A stretch of DNA of 64,000 nt from Antedon mediterranea (lineage: Eukaryota > Animalia > Echinodermata), in the NCBI RefSeq assembly GCF_964355755.1, contig NC_092680.1:6510001-6574000 (forward strand), read 5' to 3'. Numbering within the stretch: the stretch's first letter is position 1; each line of letters begins with the position of its first letter. The position numbers were made by a program, and so were the translations under genes. Below the pieces are notes generated by a model. It did not search any database and was not told the DNA's origin. It was given only the letters and a program-made list of their open reading frames with translations. This document shows, in pieces, positions 53,244 through 64,000 of this stretch.

Positions 53244-54500
53244 ACAGTTAATAATAAAAGGGTTTGTGAAATAAAAATGGAAAAATTGTTGCAGCAGTTT
53301 GTTCTGATATATTTGTTGTAATCAGTCTGACTACCGTATGTCTCATTTATACTCAGAATTGTAATTGTAAATGACTCAACATTTTAAGACTTACTTAGAA
53401 TTACTGATAACAATTATTTAAGAAACGTAGATAATAAAACGATATTGGTCTCACATCAAACTATTTATAACAGTTTAGTTAATTATAGTGCCATAAAAGT
53501 AGAAAATATATTCCAATAATGCCGGTAGTACAATTAAGATTTAATAGTTAAATTAAATTCATGATCTTAAAAAATGTTGTTTTAGGAAAAGACAAAACAT
53601 CTTAAAAACATATTGGAAAACATATCAACTCAACTCAACAGTTCTTTTCAGAACTTATATATGTGGTGTACCGCAAACTTTATATCAACAACTGTGCAAA
53701 ACCTTCAAACAATAAAAAAATAATAATAAATAACTTTCGAAAACATCGAATTCTCAGTGTGTTCTGTCTCTTTATGTGAAGTTACACTTGTACTATTTAA
53801 AAAGATGTACTTAAAGGTTGTTCAGTAATTCTGTATTTGTCATCTTTTTATGTTTTACAGTTATTTATTGTACTTTTGCACATTATTTTTGACAGTATAA
53901 TTTATGTTTAGTTTATTGTTACACCATGTCAAATGTTTATCCTGTACACTACTAGATAATAGATATTTTGACAATGATGATTTATTGTCTGTACCTGATG
54001 ATAAAGAATAATGAATGAGGTTGCTTAATGAGAAATGTAAAAATATAAAAATACCATAATAATCAATCAACCATAATTTTGTATAGCCTTGGGTATATAT
54101 TAGCACATTTTTTGTATGTATATAACTATGGAAAAAATATTGAAATAAACGTACAATTTACTGATTAAAAGGTATCTCAATCACACTGAATTATTTTTAG
54201 TACTGTAGATTAATTAAAGCTAGGTAAAATGGTTTTTTTTTTGTTATGATACCTGATGCCGTCATAAGATGTTTGTTTGCTTCAATAATGAACAAACATT
54301 CAGCACAAAAGATAATAATATCGCACTTTACAGTAATATGCAAATACTTGTAAAAGTGACGTAAAAGTAAACAAGCCTATTGTAAAATTGGATCTACACT
54401 TGAGCCTAATTACACTGTATGCTTTATGTTTTGATATCAACTAGGTGACATTTTTGCGGTAACAATCTTTTGACAAGAATTCAACCTCTCAATTCAATTT

Positions 54501-54805
54501 TGTGAGTGAGTGGCCGAGCGGTTAAGACAGTGGAACCGTAATTACATAGCCATACATCGGCAGGGGTTCGAGGCTCACTCACTCCATGGTTCTGGTGGTA
54601 GAACGAGTCTTCTCGGATAAGGACTATAAACCGTAGGTCCAGTGTACAAATCTAGCTCGTGTGCACTTTAAAGAACCTAGTACATCTTTCTAGACGAGTA
54701 GGGGGTTACCCCGGTGTATTAGTACATCACAGCTACTGATCACCAACTGGGCCCTCTGGGAGACCAGTCTTTGACTGAAGAGGTTACCCAGTAGAAATAT
54801 ATATT
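54501..54805 (+). mobile_element. Full-length tRNA-derived Deu/Nin-domain SINE
   Basis: A box TGGCCGAGCGG, B box GGTTCGAGGC; Deu-like core GGACTATAAACCGTAGGTCC..TTTAAAGAACC..GAGTAGGGGGTTACCCCGGTGT; possible TSD TCAATTCAA. Confidence 0.9.
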
Positions 54806-55864
54806 TCAATTCAACCTCACAGTTAAGAATTAACATCAGAAGTAATCATATCCATCTAATAAATCAGTTTAGGTTTTCCTTTTTCTCATTTATTTCATTT
54901 TGTACTTTTGGAATGAGTTAATATGACCTAAATAGCAGTAGTAATTAAAATGAATACACTTCAAAGATAAATTTATTGAAAGTTTCTAAACATTTCTTCT
55001 CTACTTTGATTAATTGCTAGTTTCTGTTTTCTTAATATGACCATTGAGAATGTTAAAAGCTCTTCAACTTGATTTATGGCAGCGGAGACAATTTGTAGTT
55101 CCAAATGTTACACTGATATAATATCAAGTTATCATATTCCCTATTCTAATTGTAAGATATGTTCCTACTTTGAAAAATAAAAGCTATTGATATTTACATA
55201 AATTTAATTTATCAAAAACGAGGACACTGTTCTAGTTCATTGTCACGTAAAATGTAACAGTTCATATTAGTAGAATTGTTTGTCCATTTTCTTTCTTTGA
55301 GAGATTCGACCCGTCACTTTAATTACTAATTTTGATGGCCGCTGTGTGATTTACAATGTTGATTCTAATTCTATGAATATAATTTTCATACTGAGATTTG
55401 CACACTTAACATTAAATATAATTTCTGTTTCCAGATACTAAAACCCTTTATTATTATCTCTCGATGGCGTAAGTTTGCTAAGGTTTACTTATACACCATT
55501 CATAAGACTTTAAACACTATACATAATTTACTAAAACCAACAATCAATATGGATTTTTGACAAGATTCATAAATGTCATGGGAATAGAAATGTATGTTAA
55601 TGTTTAATAACCTACAACCCTTAATTATCTCAACAATCAATCCTTATTCTACAATTTATTGTTTTTCAAATGGTGGTTTGATCCTATATCTTGTATTTTT
55701 CTCTTCTGCTTTCTTTGGCAAATATGTAAAATTGACATCGAATGTCTCAAAAATAGTATTATTGTAGTAGCAATTCACAGCATTCATTTCAAACAAAGTT
55801 CCCTCTTCAGCTTACAAAAGTAATCTTGAAAAGAATTCCATCGGCTTTTTTTTCAAAGTTTTAC

Positions 55865-55892
55865 CAGGGAGTTGTAAAATAGCAACTCCCTG
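55865..55892. mobile_element. P-element-like micro-hairpin CAGGGAGTTG...CAACTCCCTG (28 bp)
   Basis: Perfect 7-bp TSD GTTTTAC. Confidence 0.8.
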
Positions 55893-56193
55893 GTTTTACA
55901 GTAGTTGCCAAAGATCTTTCAAAACCTGTATAGAATCAAAACACAATGCATGGAAAGTTACCTTACAATATGGCTTAGCCAACCAATCCCATATACAGTA
56001 CTTATGTATTCATTTCATTGGCTTGGAAAGTAAATGTAATCAATAACTGTATTAAAAAAATTTATATTTGTCATGTTTTTGTGATTCTTCACACAATATT
56101 AATTGTTAAATTTTGAGATACACACAAGGAAGACATTTTAATTGATTAGGTTTTGAATGAGTGAAAATAAGTTTTCCTTTTTTTATTTTGTAG

Positions 56194-56313
56194 ATTGATG
56201 TAGTTAAAACCAAGTCAAGTCATGGAGTAGCATTACCATTCACAATTGCTATGTTAGTAACGTCAATCTTATGGCTTCTCTATGGTTTTGTTGTTAATGA
56301 TGTGTATATATTG
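56194..56313 (+). CDS. SLC50A1: SWEET1 coding exon 5 (IDVVKTKSSHGVALPFTIAMLVTSILWLLYGFVVNDVYIL)
   Basis: TTTTGTAG / TTG|GTAAG, 120 nt; second MtN3 repeat motifs TKS, LPF and W..YG...D.YI. Confidence 0.95.
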
Positions 56314-57741
56314 GTAAGATTTTAAACAACATTATTTATTCATTTGTTTTATTTCCAACAGATGAGATTATAGCATGGAAAATCTACTTACTCCACACTA
56401 ACGAACATTGATCTCTCTGTATCAACGTCCATTAGGCCACTAACATCACTATAGTTTTTAAAATCATTAATATTTGATTTTTACACGGAGGCTTGTCTCG
56501 CCCTCAGGGTGTTATTCTACAAAGCTGTGTACGGTACTGTATTAATGTTCTCAGCTAATTAAAGTAATATTATTAATATTACTCAGTCTTTTTTTTAGTC
56601 TATGTTTTCCACATCAACTCCAACATTAAAACCAGTAATACTGACTCCTTCTATGAACATTATATTTTACACTTTATTAATGCAAAAATTTCAAATATCA
56701 TACCCAGTTTAAATTCAATACTTTATAGCAGTTTTAGTCTTTAAATAACACAATTTAGGGGTTATATATTAGATATTCATGCGGCTGTGTTTCTTGCAAC
56801 ATTATCAATTACCATAAATTGTGGATGACAGTAGCATATAGTCCTCAGAGTCATAGTAAATCCCCCTTATAAATGAGCTATTCATTAAGTGTCATTTACT
56901 TAATGACAGGTATAGTCATTGCACACAGCTGAAGGCTAAAGCAAAATATATCATTTCTACTGTCTTCGCATTGCTTAACTATCTATGTAAGTATCATAAT
57001 TCCAATTCAAATTAAAACCAACTTTTAAACAAAATACATTACTGTATACACTGATTTAATTTCTATAAAGTATTGGTAAAAATATTAATATTGATAATCA
57101 ATTAAGATCTTGGAAACTGAACCTGCAACAATTAAAGTTCGTTCCTGTTTTCAAATTTGTTTGTTTATTTGTGTTATGTTTCAAGAATTTTACATTGCGA
57201 AGATACATATTTAAAAACATGTGCGGCTTCAGCACAAAGGGTATTTAAAAAACCTGAAGTTCCAGTGACGTCTTTATTTATATACTCTCTTATTAATTAT
57301 TTTTATTGGCTGTCCGTATGGATTTAGCGTGTGCCTTCGAAGGCTGGAGTTGACCCAGCAATGTTGCAGGGTACACACCAGTCTTTTGTGACTGTATAGT
57401 CAATTAAAAAATGATTTTATGAAAATTCTAAGCAAATCCATATAATTCCTACTAATTAAAACTACTTCTTCACAAAAAAAAAAAGACTACAAGCATAAAA
57501 TGAGGTGTGTATAATACTACACAATCTTCAGAATCATTGAAAAGAAAATGCTATACTAAATTGACTTTAGTTTTTCAGAATTGCTGCAAAAACAAATATA
57601 TAATCATTAAACGTATTCCCTAATGAAAAATAAATCAGTCAATGTTGTAAAAAGATTTTGTAAGGACGAATGCTATACTATTATTAAGATATTGAACTGA
57701 AGTGTTGAAGAGACATGTGACATATCAAAGGTTATTAACAT

Positions 57742-57769
57742 CATGGAGGTATATTTTTATACCTCCATG
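57742..57769. mobile_element. P-element-like micro-hairpin CATGGAGGTATA-TTTT-TATACCTCCATG (28 bp)
   Basis: Perfect hairpin with a perfect 7-bp TSD TTAACAT. Confidence 0.85.
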
Positions 57770-58690
57770 TTAACATTAAGATTCATTAGTATTATCACTT
57801 TTATCTGGTTTTGATTGAACTTTTCACAGAGTTTGTGATTTACGTCTGCTTCAATCGCTGCACCGAATTAAGTTAATATGTTTCAGTGAAATGTTGTTTT
57901 GGATTTGAGCTCACTTCTTGAGTTCACTGTTTTATAATTCTATAATATCAGCGTTTAGAGCATAGTTAACTATGTTTAATTGTTTTTATAATTTTAATGC
58001 AATTTTAAAGTATATTTAACTGGTTTGTCATAAGAACTATACTGTTTATCTTTACAGTATAGTGTAGTAGTGGATACATTGGTGGTTAATAATGATTGAA
58101 GTTCAGGGTTCAATCCTGAGCTAGTGCCTCTTTCAACTCCACTACATAAGCCTTAAATGAGACTTAAAGCATGATAAATTATAAAATTATTACCTGGCAA
58201 GTATAGTACGTGCTTTGGTTGTTTGTTAGCACGATAGCTTCCACAATTTTTAAGTTATCGTTCTGAATGTTTTGGTTTTAATAATTACAGAACATGCCTA
58301 TTGATTTTCAGGAAAATTGATATATTAGACATATCACAAAAGCTTATTATATTGAAATCTGACTTACCTGTATCTTCCATTATGAGATATTAAATAGCAC
58401 GCCCTCTGTATTCTTTTAACATTAAATTATGCTGCACATCTGATTAGATCCGATAATGATCGGATGAAGAAAAAGCTACTGTATTCTTCCAAGATGACAA
58501 ACGCTCGAAGCGTCGTAGAAATACGAACACGTTATTCAAACAAGTTCTAGATAATGTTGGAATGGTCAGACAAGCCTTCATTAACAACTCGAAGGCCCGC
58601 TTATTTTGAATCAGCATTTATTTATCATATGCCATCTAGAACACTCTGTCACAGTTATAGATTAAATTTATATATATGTATATGTCTCCG

Positions 58691-58856
58691 AATCCAAAGG
58701 CAAATTACTGAAAAAATGACAATGCTGTGGGTATCAGTGGCTGGATCTCAATGGAGATACAAAATAAAAGCGAAAAGCTAAATCAAAACGAGAAGTAAAA
58801 CAGCCAGAAAAGTTAGCAGAGCTTTCGGGCAACACTAGCCCTTCATCAGTGCAAGT
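58691..58856 (-). mobile_element. Penelope-like pLTR/retrozyme-like unit, second copy
   Basis: Reverse complement of 40825-40991; direct repeat GTCTCCGAAT at 58684-58693 and 58855-58864 (TSD-like). Confidence 0.8.
58816..58852 (-). ncRNA. Minimal type I hammerhead ribozyme (identical core to 40829-40865)
   Basis: Plus strand reads GCAGAGCTTTCGGGCAACACTAGCCCTTCATCAGTGC. Confidence 0.8.
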
Positions 58857-60864
58857 CTCCGAATATAGTTTTCTCCGCTGATAAATTTTGCGAAGTACTT
58901 CACTCATTTCTTTTATTTATTTATTCATCCTACAAGTTGCTTTCTATTGTATGTGTAAGAAATAAGAAATGAAAACAATTTTATTAAATATTTAAAATTA
59001 TCAATAATTTTCCATGAAAATATTTAGAATTTCATTTATTTTTCTTTGAATTTTAATTTATTTTTACAAGTAATATAATTTGATATATGTCTTAAGTTCA
59101 GTGGACATTCTACGGTCGAGTACGGCATAAAGTGATAAATAGGAATTTACTATAAGGTTTAATGATGAAATGTTTTTAGCTTTCTCATTTCTTTGTAAAG
59201 CTATAAATAGAATTGTTGAGAGGTTTAACTTTGCACGAGTGATCATCATTGATATTTAGAACATGAGAAATTAATGTCAGATATAAGATTGATGATTGAT
59301 TCTTTGACATATTGCATGATGAACAGGCTTTGGGCGATGTTAGTATCGTTATTTACTATTCCACTCGCATTAAATAGATCTTTTGGGGAAAAATTTCAAG
59401 ATATTTTAAGGAGAACCGCCTTGAGGAATTCTTTTTTGAATATTAGTAATTGAGGTGAGATGCCCAATAGTGGGACGTGTGCTTGCAATGGATCATTGCA
59501 TGTGGTTTTATTTGGTCATTGTTCTGTGTGTTACACAAATATAGGAAAACTGAATGACAATCTTAAGAATGACAAATCCTCTTTTAGCATTAGCAAAAAT
59601 CTAAAAGGATTTTAAATTTCAAACTGTAGTTAACTTTATATTATATACAAAAAGTTATTCTTTATTTCTGAAATGTTTTATGATTTGGTTTTTTTTCTTT
59701 GTGATCTTGCATGGGACAAGAAAATTCACTTTCAATACAAATGTAGTGATAAATTTAAATATTTGTAACATGTTTTTCATCAACATTACTTCTTAAATGT
59801 TGTAGGTTTACTTGGAAAATGCAGATTTAACAGATAAACCACACTGTCTATAATCAACGTCAAGTAATGTTTAAGAGGGTTCAGTGAAAGTATAGGAGAT
59901 TTACCTGTACTACATAGTTAGCTTCAACATTTTTTCTCTCTATTTTATTGCACATAAAATTTGTGTAGGCCACAACAACGTAAAAAATAAATTTCAGGCC
60001 ATGAGCATGCTTTGGACGTCTCGGCTGGGACATTTTATCCTAATTTAGGCAGTAAAAAATGTTTGGGTGCGGGTCATAGTTTGGAAATCGTAAGCCAGCA
60101 GCAATCTCTACCTTCACATGTATGTAGTATTCGATTGAGTCATCATTTTCAGCCCATTGCATAATTTTCATCTCTATTTGTTTAAAGAAGCCGACCTGGC
60201 TACACTTTCTCCAATTTTGAGTCCAGATTGAGCAATATAATTTTTTTTTTTATTCACCCGATTTTTACATCAAGCTGCTGTGTAATAGAACCATTAAATT
60301 ATAATAGGAGACTCTGGTGTGTTATAATAAATATTGTTTTTTTCTTGATAGTATACATCCTATAAATTTTACAAAATGTTCTCCAATTTGCCAGTTTTTA
60401 ATCAGCATTAAAATTTCTTTAAACTCACTTTTTCAGCCGTATGCCGAAAAATACTCTGGTTATTTATAAAATGCGGAACTTTTGTAGTTCTAATTTAAAG
60501 CCAATGAACTGAATTTTATGTTAGTAAAAGATATAAATTTAACCAGATACTAAATTTACAGCATACTGTGTTACTTTGGAATGTTAAATTCATGCTAGTG
60601 ATTGCAGAAAACATTCCAAAATATACAATATTTCATGTGGAAATAAAATTAAAAATCAATTAATTAAAATGTTCTGATTTTTACAGTTCATTGATTGAAT
60701 AATGAATAAATAATTGTCCATATAATTAACTATAAATTAAATAATATAAAAACAAAATCAATCAAGGATACATTTAAGGCATACATCCATGCTTTTAGAT
60801 TTATAGTTGAAGCTCTCATGTCTCTGGGACCAAGGATATACAGTGGCTTGGGAAAATCTAGTCT

Positions 60865-61124
60865 TTGTTATTATTTATTTTATTGGGCAATATCTTCAGT
60901 CACAGACTTGTCTCCCAGCGTGGCTAGTCAGGAGAAGTGGCTGTGATGTACCAGGACACCGGACTACCCCCTAATCGTCTCGAAAGATGTACTAGGTTCT
61001 TTGAAGTGCACATGAGCTAGATCTGTACACTTTATAACTCCCTGCGGGTATGCCTCGAACCCTTGCCGATGTTATTGCTACGTAATTACCATTCCACTGT
61101 CTTAACCGTTCGGCCACTCACTCA
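60865..61124 (-). mobile_element. tRNA-derived Deu/Nin-domain SINE, internally deleted
   Basis: Head, core and tail are homologous to the 54501 copy. Confidence 0.85.
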
Positions 61125-61984
61125 ATATAGTCATTGTAGTTCAGCTGTTCGGTATAACGTGACGTCACCAAGTCATCAACCATTCTGTAAAATAAGATGA
61201 GTGATGCCTTTTGAAAAAATGTCGCGCCCCATGAGTTTACAGGCTTGTTTCTAACCTTTGTCAAAATGGTCACAGAATCTCAAGAGATTGTTTTTTAGCA
61301 TTAGTTTTCCAAATTACTACATTTCAGAGATGTTCTTCTATAAATAAATAAATACTGAGGAGATAAGCAAATTGGTTTTGACTTAAATTGACTTTTGATA
61401 CTTTATTAGAACTCAGAAGAAACATAAATAAGCAATGTCTAATTGATGCAGTTGCATGATATCTATTAGGAATTTAGAAAAAAATATATATATTTCAATG
61501 TTGCCGTTTGAACTGTTAATAGAGTACAACAACCTAACCTATTTCTCTATTATTCTTTGTTATATTGTTTATACTGTATTATATATTGCATGTTTTGTGA
61601 ACTTTAAATGAGTATTTTAATAAATCAAAAAGAGACAATTTGTTTACCATTCCTCTGTAGACGAAATTATATTCAGTTGCAATTAAAATTGCAAACATAA
61701 GTATATTTGATTAAAAATTTCATTCCGAATTCCTATATATTCTGCACCAAATTTCATTTAGCCTAGCCTTTGTATTTGATTAATTGAATATTTTAGAGAA
61801 GCATAATAAATAATGAGTTTTTTAAAAATGTTTAAAAACTTTGATTTTGACTGTGTAGTAAAACTGTTATTGAAGAGCACACTAAAAGGTTGGTTTCATG
61901 CCAAGCCTTTATGTTTATAGCTGGATGTGCAATAGAACAATTAAATAAACCAATCAGATAGTAAGGAGGTAACAAGGCGGTAAT

Positions 61985-62086
61985 AACAAGGCCATATACA
62001 TGGCTGCAGTCATGTGCTCAAGTTAGTGTTTTGACTGACCAACCGACCGACATAGTGAGCTGTAGAGTCGCGTTGTATGCGACTAA
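61985..62086 (-). mobile_element. Short HINE/DINE-1-like element
   Basis: AACAAGGCCATATACATGGCTGCAGTC...GACCGACATAGTGAGCT..AGTCGCGTTGTATGCGACTAA. Confidence 0.75.
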
Positions 62087-62376
62087 TAAATAACGAATAT
62101 TTTATTGAAAGATATCAACTTATTCTCACACCAACTCAATAAACATTCATTATTTGTATACCATCAAGCATGTCATCAGGTACTTTCATAATAAAATGGC
62201 ATTAGAGAATTGCATCGGTTTGGTACTACATTATCTAAATGAGTAGTCTGTTGCATGTCAGTCACCTTATAATGAGTAATTATCTAGTGTATTATCTCAA
62301 CATATATGCATGTGACTTTACTCAAACAAGGCCTGTACAGTAAAGAAGAAGATTATGCTGATGGTGACATGAAAAC

Positions 62377-62410
62377 CAGGGAAGAGTAAATTTAATTTAA
62401 CTCTTCCCTG
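62377..62410. mobile_element. P-element-like micro-hairpin CAGGGAAGAGT...ACTCTTCCCTG (34 bp)
   Basis: Perfect 7-bp TSD TGAAAAC. Confidence 0.85.
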
Positions 62411-64000
62411 TGAAAACATAAAAATTGTTATACTGTAAATGACATAGTATATCTTGTCTATCTTGAAAGAGTTGGCTTTTAGAAAGAAGCAATCAAACCT
62501 CAATTTTAAATTTAAAAAACACATACGACTTCCAGATAATCACATCAAAATTCAATGTTTATTCATTTTGCACAGTAATAAACAATATTTTATATAGATT
62601 ATTTCTATGCCAGGCATATAAATAGTAGTATTTGTGAACTTTCAACATTATGATTACATGCAATACAAACTAAGCTTTGATAATATTACTCCAAGGATTT
62701 TGTTTAGAATTTGATGATGGTATTATTAGCTGCAAAATAATTGAATATTCCATATTGATGTGAATATTATATTGTAAAACCCATCAAAGTTGTATCTAAA
62801 AATGCATTAATACAATATAATAAGTAATAGGTCTTTGATCTTTTCAGTGCAAAGATAATAACCTGAAATGATCTCAGTCTTTTGAAATATTGGCAGCTTA
62901 CATAACTTGAAAAAAGTTTGGACATAAATAAACTAAGCTTATTAATTTAATCTATTAGCTTCAAGAGACTTTGTTACGCCAACTATGAGCGAAGCATTTG
63001 TTTGTACATACTGTGTGGACATTTTAAGCTGGATTTAAATGCTTTTCCATTTACTCTTATTTGAATAGTTTACATATGTCTTTTATTCAATGCAACTCAA
63101 GAATAACAAGTTAACCCAAACACATATCTTAATATTTTATGTCCAGTAATTTGCTTTTAGATTCATATTTCACCTCTGTGATTTCAGTGATTTCATCAAC
63201 CATTCTATCATGATGGTCTGGTATTTAGATACAGTATAGAAATGGCAATAGGCTAAAGGAAAATTAATTTTTTTATAAATCTTTTCATTCTCACCGATTT
63301 CCTCATCTTAGCCGTTTATAAATTAATTTCCCATATATTACTGGGTAATTTAGGTGCACATATATATTAGTTGACAGATAAAATATAGATAGATAGATAA
63401 ATAAAGTTTTATTTATTGCACACTACAGACTGTTTCTTGAAGGAGAAAAAAAACACGTTTCAGTCGAGACAAAGAGGAATAAGCAGTAGAAACCAAAAGA
63501 AATATACAGATTTATAGTCTTTGTAAATAACAATTGTGGAACCCACTGTGAAAACATTCATCATATAACAGCTTTCCATTTTAGATTTAAGTCAATCACA
63601 TATGAATTTACAAAAAAACAAAATAATTTAATTTTCTAGTAGAATCACATCAATATTTTGTGTATTTATACATTAGACACACTTGACCATAGTCAATTAA
63701 CTATTTATTTATTTATTTATTTAATCTTTTTTTATTCTGAAATACACTTTCAATACAATGTACTGATTTCCAAAGTGGTTCAGTTCTTAACTACATAAAT
63801 GTAAACAAAATACAGTATACAGTATAAATGGACAAAAGAAAATATTACTTGACTTGTTTTCTTTTTCATAAAGATGTTTCATCAGACAAAAATTATATAA
63901 ACAAGAAAGGAAAAAAATATTATATACAATACAGTTAAGTTGCTGTAGGTTATATTATAAATTAATTGAGATTGATATTACATTACAAGGTTGTTTTAAA

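Noticed and set aside
54501-54580. tRNA gene
   Set aside because: It is the head of a multi-copy SINE, with no proper acceptor stem or terminator.
58485-58535. Possible degenerate hammerhead (AGATGA…ACGCT CGA AGCGT…GAAA)
   Set aside because: The CUGANGA core is not intact and stems I and III cannot be formed convincingly.
59060-59550. Possible decayed L1/Tx1 ORF2 C-terminus on the minus strand (H…C……W)
   Set aside because: Only a weak motif amid many stops; it cannot be supported without a profile search.
56314-64000. Final SWEET1 exon (expected xPN..G…LF..YP)
   Set aside because: No acceptor followed by such a frame was found; it is probably beyond the window.

Overview
AT-rich, intron-rich animal genomic DNA. 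The repeat content and frequent TAGGCCTA motif suggest a marine invertebrate, possibly an echinoderm (inference only). There are two host genes in divergent orientation. The + strand carries a SWEET1/SLC50A1 sugar transporter: five coding exons were reconstructed by hand between 35.8 and 56.3 kb, and the last exon was not found in the window. The - strand carries the probable first coding exon of a class A GPCR (14.2-14.3 kb). The rest is transposon-rich: a >4.4 kb Academ-derived foldback with a LINE fragment in one arm, a CR1-group LINE, Deu/Nin-domain tRNA SINEs, Helentron-type HINEs, Harbinger/PHIS MITEs (one nested in its own family), Crypton-like and Sola-like elements, and an LTR-like repeat. 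Three observations stand out. (1) Seven 25-55 bp CANRG...CYNTG hairpins with 7-8 bp TSDs look like fossil P-element excision footprints. (2) Two inverted ~165 bp units in SWEET1 introns carry a minimal, dimer-dependent hammerhead ribozyme. (3) The SWEET1 has unusual substitutions at normally conserved pore positions. Most ORFs in the supplied track are spurious. All coordinates were counted by eye.
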